A stretch of DNA of 53,356 nucleotides from Nitrospirota bacterium. GTDB lineage: Bacteria; Nitrospirota; Thermodesulfovibrionia; Thermodesulfovibrionales; SM23-35. The notes beneath the pieces were generated by a model that saw nothing but the letters and a program-made list of their open reading frames with translations, was not told the DNA's origin and made no database searches. Location of the stretch: contig JACAEY010000068.1 in NCBI GenBank assembly GCA_013388605.1, positions 1 to 53,356 of the forward strand. Direction: 5' to 3'. This document shows positions 20,116 through 28,706 of this stretch, piece after piece. The translations under genes were made by a program, and so were the position numbers. Each line of letters begins with the position of its first letter. Position 1 is the first letter of the stretch.

Positions 20116-20646
20116 TTGCCCTTAATTAAATCTAAAAAAGAAGAAAAAAAACCCGATAGAGGGTTCCTGGTATTTCACAATACGAGTGATGTAATTAGAG
20201 CAGAAAAGATCTTGAAAAAAGAGGGATTTAAAATCCGAGTTATGGGACCTCCTCCAGAGCATCGCAGGGGATGCGATCTTGTTATTGAATTCCCTTTAAT
20301 CGAACAACTTAATATTCTAAGGATTCTTGAGAAGAAAAGTACCCCACCAATTGATGCAGTTCCTGTAGATAATCCCCTACTCAAACCAATAGAAATTGTT
20401 AAAACCAAAGATTTTGGGAAATATATAATGGTAAGAGCAGCAAACATGAAAATGACCGTAGAAAAAAGTACTTTGAAAATTGTTAATATTTCTGGAGGTG
20501 GTTGTCCTGATGTACCTTATCTGGCTGAGAAGCTAATTGGGAAAACCCTTAAAGAGGCACCTGAACCAAAGCAGATTGGACATACTCTTTGTGCTTATGC
20601 TTTACATATAGCTTATGAGGAGATGACAAAGAGATGCTTGCTTTGA
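20116..20646 (+). CDS. DUF3343 domain protein with Cys-containing C-terminal extension (IscU/NifU-like signature)
   Basis: 176 aa with a TTG start 2 nt after the upstream stop. The N-terminal half GFLVFHNTSDVIRAEKILKKEGFKIRVMGPPPEHRRGCDLVIEF matches the DUF3343 pattern. The C-terminal half carries ISGGGCPDVPYLAEKLIGKTLKEA...GHTLCAYALHIA. Confidence 0.65.
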   Translation: MPLIKSKKEEKKPDRGFLVFHNTSDVIRAEKILKKEGFKIRVMGPPPEHRRGCDLVIEFPLIEQLNILRILEKKSTPPIDAVPVDNPLLKPIEIVKTKDFGKYIMVRAANMKMTVEKSTLKIVNISGGGCPDVPYLAEKLIGKTLKEAPEPKQIGHTLCAYALHIAYEEMTKRCLL

Positions 20647-21530
20647 TTGGTACAATCCCTTATGACGGCTTTCCCATTCTTTCAGGAGAAATTTCTGTTA
20701 AAAACAGTAATATTTTAATTGGGGAAAAGTCTTTTCAGATTAAGAGAGGGTTTAAAGCCATGATAGGTGCTGCATCAATAGTTTGCAAAGAGCTGAGTCT
20801 TTTTCCTCCAACAGCATTTACTGCAGGGGATATTGGGCTAGGTGATGGCAGCAAAAGACTCTATGAACATCTGAGGAATCAACTTAGTGGAATTCAAGTT
20901 TCAGTCCTAACCTTTCACTATCTTATGCCTGATATATTCTGGCATGATCAGATCATTAAAGCTATTGAAGAGATGTCAAAAAAGCCTATACTTATTGCAG
21001 ATGCAGGATTTATGTATGTAGCCAAGATGAGTGGTTTTGCACCTTTTTATGATCTTTTTACACCAGATATAGGAGAACTTGCTTTTTTAGCTGATGAGTT
21101 AGCTCCTCATCCTTTTTACACAAGAGGTTTTATCTGTCATGAAGAAAATAACGTCCCATCCTTAATCTCAAGGGCATATAAAAGTGAAAACGCCTCAAAG
21201 TTTTTGATAGTAAAAGGGGAAAATGACTACATATGCAGTAATGGAGAAATAATAGCTATTATTAAAGAACCTAATGTAGAGACATTAGAACCCATAGGAG
21301 GGACTGGTGATACTTTAACGGGCATTGTATCAGCACTTGTATATAGTGGTTATGCCATTGAGGACGCAGCAGTAATGGCTGCAATAATTAACCGCCTGGC
21401 AGGAGAGCTTGCTAATCCTTCGCCAAGTACACAGGTTTCAGAAATAATTTCATACATACCAAAGGCACTCTCTATTGTTCTGAAAAGTTTAGATAAAAAG
21501 AATAATGAAATTCATGTTAAAGGAAATTAA
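20634..21530 (+). CDS. ribokinase-fold protein, YjeF_C/NnrD-like (function unknown)
   Basis: 298 aa. PILIADAGFMY...FTPDIGELAFL...LIVKGENDYI...PIGGTGDTLTGIVSAL...AA..A...AG follows the order of motifs in ADP/ATP-dependent NAD(P)HX dehydratase-type kinases. Overlaps the upstream gene by 13 nt. Confidence 0.6.
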   Translation: MLALIGTIPYDGFPILSGEISVKNSNILIGEKSFQIKRGFKAMIGAASIVCKELSLFPPTAFTAGDIGLGDGSKRLYEHLRNQLSGIQVSVLTFHYLMPDIFWHDQIIKAIEEMSKKPILIADAGFMYVAKMSGFAPFYDLFTPDIGELAFLADELAPHPFYTRGFICHEENNVPSLISRAYKSENASKFLIVKGENDYICSNGEIIAIIKEPNVETLEPIGGTGDTLTGIVSALVYSGYAIEDAAVMAAIINRLAGELANPSPSTQVSEIISYIPKALSIVLKSLDKKNNEIHVKGN

Positions 21531-21720
21531 CCTAACTGAAAAAGTAAAGGCCTCCGGTTGAGCGGCTAAACTAAGCCTAGGGACTGAGCGAGGTTATGGC
21601 AGATTTGCTGTAATAAAGCACCCAAACTTCACAATAGTTTATGAGACTTCCGATGATGCTGGAGCCTATAAGCTGGGTTCAAGACTCTTAAATGAGGCAT
21701 TAGCCCTTATGTATGTGCTG
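21506..21720 (+). pseudogene. decayed 5' fragment of a selD gene retaining the in-frame TGA
   Basis: Frame A from the ATG at 21506 gives MKFMLKEINLTEK, then a TAA. Frame A-1 from 21541 gives KVKASG-TGA(21559-21561)-AAKLSLG...KHPNFTIVYETSDDAGAYKLG. Compare intact SelD: MKVKNSVKLSEKVRAAG-TGA-ASKISPL...KHPDLLVGIETSDDAGVYRL. There is a 1-nt frameshift near 21541, and no similarity after about 21720. Confidence 0.75.
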
Positions 21721-21793
21721 TCTAAGTCAGGGAAGGTTAATTTTTTCAAGATGCTTAAAACAGCCATAACATGTTTCCAGAAGAAACATCTTG

Positions 21794-21900
21794 TTACTCA
21801 ACTTATCTATAATTGCCTTTTTATTATTTTTAAAAAGCAAAAATCTATAAATTAAGTTATTACCATAGATATAATCAATTTGATTTATAGTTTTTTTATT
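21794..21900 (+). repeat. 106-bp direct repeat R2 (shared upstream module of selD)
   Basis: Near-identical copy of 18555..18660. Weaker similarity continues to the start codons. The yedE leader reads ttttacaaacac...taaaggggttctgaATG and the selD leader reads ttttacaaatat...taaagagaaggggttcttacttaaATG. Confidence 0.9.
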
Positions 21901-21991
21901 TTTTAAAATTATAAAAAATGGGTGGAAAAATTGTAGAAATACCTTTTACAAATATCGGTTCTAAATTTAAAGAGAAGGGGTTCTTACTTAA

Positions 21992-23041
21992 ATGAAAGTG
22001 AAAAACTCAGTAAAATTATCTGAAAAGGTTCGCGCTGCTGGTTGAGCTTCAAAAATAAGTCCGTTGGACTTAACAGAGATTCTCAACTGCCTTACTTTCG
22101 ATAAACATCCTGATCTCCTTGTAGGTATAGAGACGTCGGATGATGCAGGCGTATATCGTCTCACACCTGAAATAGCACTCATACAGACACTGGATTTCTT
22201 CACCCCGATTGTCAATGATCCTTATGATTTTGGAAGAATAGCAGCGACAAATGCATTCAGTGATGTCTATGCAATGGGCGGAAAACCTCTCACTGCGATG
22301 AATATTGTATGTTTCCCAATAAAAGAACTCGACAAAGATACTCTACGTGCTATCCTTCAAGGAGGGCTTGAGGTAATCCATAAAGCAGGTGCGGTTATGG
22401 TAGGGGGTCATAGTGTTGAGGACCGTGAGCTGAAATATGGTCTTTCAGTTACGGGCATTGTTCACCCTGATAAAATCTTGACTAATGCAGGTGCAAAACC
22501 GGGCGATCTATTGATTCTAACAAAACCTCTTGGAACAGGTATCTTATCAACTGCTTTAAAAGGTGGAAAACTAAATGAAAAACAGACTTGTAACCTTACA
22601 GAATTGATGGCTACATTAAATAAAGATGCTGCTGAGGTGATGACCGATATAGGAGTTAATGCATGCACTGATATCACTGGTTTTGGACTTCTCGGTCATG
22701 CCTTAGAAATTGCAAAGGCAAGTAATGTCAGTATCCGTATTTATTCAGATAAGGTCCCTGTAATTTCTGATGCCATAGAATTTGCATCTATGGGAATGAT
22801 ACCTGAAGGTAGCCATTTGAACCAGAAATTTTGTCGTCAATACCTTGATATTTCTCCTGAATTAGACCCAATCACAGGAGATATTCTCGCCGACGCACAG
22901 ACCTCAGGTGGTCTCTTGATATCTGTTCCCGAGGAAAAGTCTAAACAACTTTTAAATGGGCTTATTGAACGAAAAACACCTGCTGCAAAAGTAATAGGGG
23001 AGGTTTTCAGCGAACCGAAAGGGGTTATACAGATAAGGTGA
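21992..23041 (+). CDS. selD: selenide, water dikinase SelD, selenocysteine-containing (UGA at 22043-22045)
   Basis: The track ORF 22064..23041 extends in frame upstream through a single TGA to the ATG at 21992, which is preceded by aagggg. The N-terminus MKVKNSVKLSEKVRAAG-U-ASKISPLDL places U where SelD has its catalytic Cys/Sec, three residues before the conserved Lys. The rest is typical SelD (ETSDDAGVY, FFTPIV, GGHSVED). Confidence 0.88.
22056..22072 (+). promoter_or_regulatory. SECIS-like hairpin downstream of the selD UGA
   Basis: taagtcc-gtt-ggactta forms a 7-bp stem with a GUU loop. It starts 10-11 nt after the UGA, the spacing expected for bacterial SECIS elements. Confidence 0.5.
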
Positions 23042-23078
23042 TAATTTTGTTTACCTGACCATGAAGGAGTTAAATACG

Positions 23079-23669
23079 ATGATCGTTGATGCAAGAGGAT
23101 ATGGATGTCCAAAGCCTGTTCTCATGGCGGAAGAGGCATTATCAAAAATAACAGAAGGCGGGATAGAAATACTCGTTGATAACGAGGCATCTGCAAATAA
23201 TCTTAAGAGGTTTGCAGCAAAGAACAATTTCTATTCAGATGTAATTAAAGAAGAAAATTTCTGGTGTGTCAGGATTGTCAAAGGATATGTCTGTGAGATA
23301 CCTGCGGAGGAGTACAAAGAAAAGAAACCTGGTAAAGACTTATTTCTTGTCATTGCTACAGATACAATAGGCAAAGAGGAAGAACTTGGCAGAATACTTA
23401 TGAAGGCATACTTTGAGACAATGAAAGCATATAAAGAGCTACCAGATGCAATATTCTTTTTGAACACAGGGGTGAAAATTACTACAGTAGATAATGAAAT
23501 ACTTCCAATAATCAAAGAAATTGAAGAAATGGGAGTAGAAATCTTTACCTGTGGCACATGCCTTAAGTTCTTTAATCTCGAATCAGAACTTAAGGTTGGG
23601 TTCAGGGGAACAACAAATCATCTTGTAGAAGGTATTAAAGAGTTTAAAAAGACTGTATGGGTTGGATAA
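23079..23669 (+). CDS. yedF: YedF-type selenium metabolism protein (TusA-like N-domain + DsrE-like C-domain)
   Basis: MIVDARGYGCPKPVLMA (CPxP), then a DsrE-like half ending in TCGTCLKF. AAGGAG lies 9 nt upstream of the ATG at 23079. An alternative in-frame ATG is at 23061. Confidence 0.8.
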   Translation: MIVDARGYGCPKPVLMAEEALSKITEGGIEILVDNEASANNLKRFAAKNNFYSDVIKEENFWCVRIVKGYVCEIPAEEYKEKKPGKDLFLVIATDTIGKEEELGRILMKAYFETMKAYKELPDAIFFLNTGVKITTVDNEILPIIKEIEEMGVEIFTCGTCLKFFNLESELKVGFRGTTNHLVEGIKEFKKTVWVG

Positions 23670-24007
23670 TTTCTTAACGTGGTTATCTATCCTTTGCCAA
23701 ATATATGACACAGTTTTTTATCAGATATGAGAGATTTCAAAAAGAAAGGAAAAGCTCGACATTAACTTTTTCAAAAAGGCTTGATAGTTATCCAGGGCAA
23801 TTTTAGTCTGATTAATTTTGATTTTTCCATTATGTGATTTTCTTTCTCTGTCACCGACACCATCCAGAATTATTAAGATACAGCGCATAACATTGTATAA
23901 CATTTTGGAGATATTATTTCTAACCGATATAAATGGTATATTCAAAATGATTTTTGCAATTAAGAAAAGAACACAAAAATTCTATTATTTTCATATATAA
24001 TTTTTTT

Positions 24008-25045
24008 GTGACTATCCGTGAACAGACAGAAGAGATTGAGAGCAGGACCCTTCATCCAAAGGCATGTCTGAGTTCACATAGTAAGGGAAGAACTAAGCCA
24101 GAGAAGGAAGGAGAGATAAGGACATGTTTTCAAAGAGATAGGGATAGGATTATTCATTCCAAGTCATTCAGAAGACTGAAACATAAGACACAGGTATTCC
24201 TTGCACCCAAGGGAGACCATTACAGAACAAGACTTACTCATGTACTTGAGGTATCACAGATTGCAAGGACTATAGCGAGGGCTTTGAGGTTGAATGAGGA
24301 TTTAACCGAGGCAATTGCATTAGGACATGACTTAGGACATACTCCTTTTGGACATGCTGGAGAAGCAATCCTTAGGGAGATACATCCCGGAGGGTTTGAC
24401 CACTATAAGCAGAGCCTGAGGGTTGTTGATTTCCTTGAGAAGAATGGTGAGGGCCTCAATCTTACACATGAAGTAAGAGATGGGATTGTTAAACACTCAA
24501 AGGGTAAAGGTCTTATCATTCCGGAATCAAAATCAGATTTAGCAGATACTCTCGAGGGGCAGGTAGTTCGTGTCTCAGACATCATTGCATATGTCAATCA
24601 TGATCTTGATGATGCATTGAGGGCAGGTGTAATTAAAAGGTCAGATATTCCGAAAAAGATTGTAAAAGTACTCGGTGACAGACATTCAAAAAGAATAGAT
24701 ACAATGGTAAAAGACTTTATATACCAGTCTTTGAAGACCGATCTTGATAGGCTCAGAATGAGCGAAGGAATTTTATCAGCAATATATTCACTCAGGGATT
24801 TTCTCTTTGAGCGGGTATATGAGAGTGAAAAGATAATTATGGAATTCAAAAAAGCAAAAAAGGTTCTGCAGGATTTATATAATTATTATTTAGAACATGT
24901 TAGCGAGGTATTTTCAGTTATACCAAAAGAAGAAAAATCAGATAAGCATCGGCTTGTCTGCGACTTTATTGCAGGAATGACAGATAGATTCGCGCTCATG
25001 ACTTATGAGAAACTGTTTTCCCCCAAGCAATGGGAAGTACTCTGA
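24008..25045 (+). CDS. dGTPase-like HD-domain triphosphohydrolase
   Basis: [24 protein letters not shown] and [12 protein letters not shown] motifs. The start is uncertain. I chose the GTG at 24008 (VTIREQTEE...), while the track ORF begins at the TTG at 23954. Confidence 0.85.
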   Translation: MTIREQTEEIESRTLHPKACLSSHSKGRTKPEKEGEIRTCFQRDRDRIIHSKSFRRLKHKTQVFLAPKGDHYRTRLTHVLEVSQIARTIARALRLNEDLTEAIALGHDLGHTPFGHAGEAILREIHPGGFDHYKQSLRVVDFLEKNGEGLNLTHEVRDGIVKHSKGKGLIIPESKSDLADTLEGQVVRVSDIIAYVNHDLDDALRAGVIKRSDIPKKIVKVLGDRHSKRIDTMVKDFIYQSLKTDLDRLRMSEGILSAIYSLRDFLFERVYESEKIIMEFKKAKKVLQDLYNYYLEHVSEVFSVIPKEEKSDKHRLVCDFIAGMTDRFALMTYEKLFSPKQWEVL

Positions 25046-25173
25046 TTGAATCACCAATAAACAAATCCCAATAACAAATGACCAAATTTCGAACTTTTTA
25101 CTGTTTGGAAATTGATAATTGGTAATTGGAATTTATTGATGTTTGGGATTTGGTTATTGATGCTTATAGATTT

Positions 25174-25200
25174 TTGATAAGCTTCCGCGTATGGTAAAAT
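25174..25200 (+). promoter_or_regulatory. candidate sigma70-type promoter of the GTPase gene
   Basis: TTGATA, a 15-nt spacer, then tgGTAAAAT (extended -10-like). The -10 ends only 6 nt before the ATG at 25207, and there is no Shine-Dalgarno sequence. The spacer is short, so this is tentative. Confidence 0.3.
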
Positions 25201-25206
25201 TTATTT

Positions 25207-26220
25207 ATGCCAGCCAATCTTCCACCAGAGTATTTTGAGGCAGAAAAAAGATTTAGACAGGCATCAACACCTGCAGAGAAGATATTTGCCCTTGAAGAAC
25301 TTATTGCAACAGTTCCTAAACATAAAGGGACGGATAGATTAAGAGGTGACTTACGGAGAAAACTCTCCCAGCTTAAGAGAGAGGCTGAGATAGCAAGACG
25401 TTCAAAAAAGGGGGGCAAAAGTTATCTTTATGTAGTTGAGAAAGAAGGCGCTGCCCAGGTTGCGTTTGTTGGATTTGCTAACTCAGGTAAGTCCTCTCTC
25501 CTTGCAGGTTTGACTAATGCTAATCCTGTTATCGCAGAGTATCCTATCTCAACTATTATCCCCCTTCCTGGCATGATGCCGTTTGAGGATATACAGATTC
25601 AACTTGTAGATTTACCACCTGTGGGAAACGAATCAACCGATGGATGGGTATCAGGAATTCTGAGAACAGCAGATGCCTTTCTCATTATTCTTGACCTTAC
25701 AGAAGACCCAGATGTCCAGGCAGACCTACTCATAGAACAAATGAGAAAATGGAACATAACAATCATAAATAATTCTTCTTTTGTCAACTCCGAACTATCC
25801 AGTCAAAGACAGACTTTTACTTTATTCAAGAGGGCGCTTTTTGTTGGGAACAAAAATGATCTACCTTTTACAAAAGAAAACTATATAAGACTAAAGGAAA
25901 GATTTGCTAATCTCTATCCATGTATTTCGGTCTCTGCCCTAAAAAAAGAAAATCTTGAGGAACTTAAAAGGGAAATATTCAGCATTACAGGAATTATCAG
26001 GGTTTACTCTAAACCCCCTGGGAAGGAACCAGATTTTTCAATTCCTTTCACAATTCCAGCTGGTTCCACTGTGTTAGACCTCGCTGAATCAATCCACAAA
26101 GATTTTGTTCATAACTTAAGATATGCAAGAATCTGGGGTTCTGCAAAATTTGACGGTCAGCGTGTTGAAAAAAATTATGTTCTAAAAGATAAAGATATTG
26201 TGGAATTTCATGTCTCTTAA
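25207..26220 (+). CDS. OBG/DRG-family GTP-binding protein with C-terminal TGS domain
   Basis: 337 aa with a basic helical N-terminus, G1 motif [15 protein letters not shown]-type G4 (GNKNDL) and a TGS-like C-terminus ([14 protein letters not shown]...[12 protein letters not shown]). Confidence 0.8.
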   Translation: MPANLPPEYFEAEKRFRQASTPAEKIFALEELIATVPKHKGTDRLRGDLRRKLSQLKREAEIARRSKKGGKSYLYVVEKEGAAQVAFVGFANSGKSSLLAGLTNANPVIAEYPISTIIPLPGMMPFEDIQIQLVDLPPVGNESTDGWVSGILRTADAFLIILDLTEDPDVQADLLIEQMRKWNITIINNSSFVNSELSSQRQTFTLFKRALFVGNKNDLPFTKENYIRLKERFANLYPCISVSALKKENLEELKREIFSITGIIRVYSKPPGKEPDFSIPFTIPAGSTVLDLAESIHKDFVHNLRYARIWGSAKFDGQRVEKNYVLKDKDIVEFHVS

Positions 26221-28625
26221 TCTTTCTCAACAACCTTCGCAATACTAACAACCTTGTCTTCTCCTTCAACATCCATTAATCTTACACCCTGTGTGTTTCT
26301 TCCATGAAGCGAAATCTCTTTTGCCAAAGTCCTTATAATCTTCCCTGAGCTTGTTATCATCACAACCTCATCTTCATCTCTGACCTGCATGAGACCGACC
26401 GCCTTCCCCCCCTTCTCTGTCACCTTAATTGAAATAACCCCTTTTCCACCTCTACTCTGAACCGGATAGTCTTCAATCTTTGAACGTTTGCCAAGACCTC
26501 TTTCTGTAACTGTCAGGATTGATGTTTTTTCCTCTGCCACTTCAGCAGAAACGACTTCGTCCCCTTCCCTGAGTCTAATCCCCCTTACACCTTTTGCGGT
26601 CCTCCCCGTATCACGAACATCCTCTTCATTAAATCTTATTGAAAGACCGTTTCTTGTTCCAATAATAAGGTCACTTTTACCATCTGTCTTTCTAACTGCA
26701 ATAAGTTCATCACCTTCATCAAGGGTAATTGCAATTATTCCTTTTCCCCGAGGATTACCATATTCTTCAAGTGCGGTCTTTTTAACTACACCTTTCTTGG
26801 TAAACATAACAAGAAAGCCTTCTTTGAATTGTCGAACGGGGAGTGCTGTAGTGATCCTCTCGCCTTCTGTTAGGGTAAGTAAATTTACAAGGGGTTTACC
26901 CCGAGTAGCCCTACCTGCCTCGGGTATCTGAAATGCCTTAAGCCAGTAAAGACGCCCAAGGTTTGAAAAGAAGAGCATATAATCATGTGTAGCACCTACG
27001 AAAAGCTGTTCAACAAAGTCCTCTTCTTTCGTCTCCATCCCTACAAGGCCCTTCCCCCCCCTTCTCTGACTCCTGTATATACTTAAAGGGTTTCTTTTTA
27101 TATATCCATAATGAGAGAGGGTAATCACCATCTCCTCATCCATTATGAGGTCTTCTATTGTAATCTCTTTGGTCTCAGAGGTAATCTCTGTTCTCCTTTC
27201 ATCAGCATATTTCTTTTTAATCTCTAATAGTTCCTCTTTGATAATATTTGAAATGAGGGACTCACTTCCAAGTATCGCCCTCAGCCTCTCTATCTCTTTT
27301 AGAGTATCACCAAATTCCCTAACAATCTTTTCCCTCTCAAGACCTGTTAGTCTCTGTAGTTTCATATCGAGGATTGCCTGGGCTTGTATCTCTGAGAAAG
27401 GATAATTATTCATCAAAGAAGTCTTTGCTTCTTCAGGTGTCCGTGATTGTTTTATGAGTGTAATTATATCATCGAGGTGGTCGAGAGCTATTTTCAGTCC
27501 TTCTAATATATGTAACCTTTCTTCAGCCTTTCTGAGCTCAAACCGCGTTCTTCTAAGGACTACTTCTCTTCTATGCTGTAAGAAATAGTTCAGTAGTCTT
27601 TTAAGTCCTAATACACGCGGCTGACCATTCACAAGTGTTAACATAATAATTCCAAAGGTGCTTTCCATCTGGGTATGTTTGTAAAGATTATTCAGGATTA
27701 CTTCTGCAATCTCACCTCTTTTAAGTTCGAGCACAATTCTTATTCCATCTCTATCAGATTCATCCCTTATTTCTGATATACCGACAATTTTCTTTTCCCT
27801 TACAAGCTCAGCAATCTTTTCTATTAACTTTGCTTTATTAATCTGGTAAGGAAGTTCTGTAATAATGACATTTTCATCGCCTCTATGTTCTCTTTCTATC
27901 CTTGCCTTGGCTCTAACTTTAATAAGACCTTTTCCTTCGTTATATGCTTGAATTATTCCCTCAGTACCATGTACTATGCCTCCCGTTGGAAAATCAGGAC
28001 CTTTTATGACTGTCAAAAGGTCTTTAATTCTAACCTCAGGGTTTTCAATCAACATAATAAGACCATCAACTATCTCTCCCAAATTGTGAGGTGGTATATT
28101 TGTTGCCATTCCAACAGCTATGCCCGAAGAGCCATTTATGATGAGATTGGGTATTCTTGAAGGGAGAACAACAGGTTCTTCTGTCGTCTCATCGAAATTT
28201 GGGACAAAATCTACTGTCTCTTTGTCTATGTCAGCAAGAAGCTCCTCTGCAATGGCTGCAAGCCTTGCCTCTGTATATCTGTAAGCTGCTGGAGGGTCAC
28301 CATCTACGGAACCGAAATTTCCCTGGCCATCTATGAGTGGATACCGCATATTAAAATCCTGTGCAAGCCTTACAAGCGCATCATATACTGCTGTATCACC
28401 ATGAGGATGGTATTTCTTTAAAACCTCACCCACAACACCTGCGCATTTAGAAAATTTCCTTCCAGGAAGAAGACCCTCTCTGAACATTGCATAGAGGATT
28501 CTTCTCTGAACAGGTTTTAGACCATCTCTTACCTCAGGAAGCGCCCTTCCTATTATTACGCTCATAGCATAATCAAGATAAGAACCCTTCATCTCTTCTT
28601 CTATACTTATCTGTATCTGAGCCAT
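26217..28625 (-). CDS. gyrA: DNA gyrase subunit A
   Basis: 802 aa with [12 protein letters not shown] and the [10 protein letters not shown] active-site Tyr region, plus C-terminal beta-pinwheel repeats. Confidence 0.97.
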   Translation of the reverse strand: MAQIQISIEEEMKGSYLDYAMSVIIGRALPEVRDGLKPVQRRILYAMFREGLLPGRKFSKCAGVVGEVLKKYHPHGDTAVYDALVRLAQDFNMRYPLIDGQGNFGSVDGDPPAAYRYTEARLAAIAEELLADIDKETVDFVPNFDETTEEPVVLPSRIPNLIINGSSGIAVGMATNIPPHNLGEIVDGLIMLIENPEVRIKDLLTVIKGPDFPTGGIVHGTEGIIQAYNEGKGLIKVRAKARIEREHRGDENVIITELPYQINKAKLIEKIAELVREKKIVGISEIRDESDRDGIRIVLELKRGEIAEVILNNLYKHTQMESTFGIIMLTLVNGQPRVLGLKRLLNYFLQHRREVVLRRTRFELRKAEERLHILEGLKIALDHLDDIITLIKQSRTPEEAKTSLMNNYPFSEIQAQAILDMKLQRLTGLEREKIVREFGDTLKEIERLRAILGSESLISNIIKEELLEIKKKYADERRTEITSETKEITIEDLIMDEEMVITLSHYGYIKRNPLSIYRSQRRGGKGLVGMETKEEDFVEQLFVGATHDYMLFFSNLGRLYWLKAFQIPEAGRATRGKPLVNLLTLTEGERITTALPVRQFKEGFLVMFTKKGVVKKTALEEYGNPRGKGIIAITLDEGDELIAVRKTDGKSDLIIGTRNGLSIRFNEEDVRDTGRTAKGVRGIRLREGDEVVSAEVAEEKTSILTVTERGLGKRSKIEDYPVQSRGGKGVISIKVTEKGGKAVGLMQVRDEDEVVMITSSGKIIRTLAKEISLHGRNTQGVRLMDVEGEDKVVSIAKVVEKD

Positions 28626-28706
28626 CTTATTCCTTCTGTTCTTAAAATTTAGATTGTTATTTTAACATATTGCATTTCTCTTAGACTTAAAAATATAATT
28701 TACAAA

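Noticed and set aside
21536-21547. Programmed -1 frameshift (on ctgaaaag) that would make the selD remnant translatable as a small Sec peptide or a selenium-sensing leader.
   Set aside because: There is no canonical X XXY YYZ heptamer. A TGA and a TAA lie immediately upstream in the target frame. The SECIS-like hairpin is damaged, and similarity to SelD stops after ~70 codons. Pseudogene decay is the simpler explanation.
23721-23945. A 74-aa minus-strand ORF (and the 23818..24000 + ORF) in the yedF / dGTPase-like intergenic region.
   Set aside because: The translation is AT-rich with no recognisable motifs, no ribosome-binding site and no homology that I can recall. I cannot support it as a gene.
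24008-25045. The dGTPase-like HD protein as a possible anti-phage dNTP-depletion defence gene.
   Set aside because: It is the standard short Dgt-like housekeeping type. It sits among housekeeping genes with no other defence or mobile-element neighbours.
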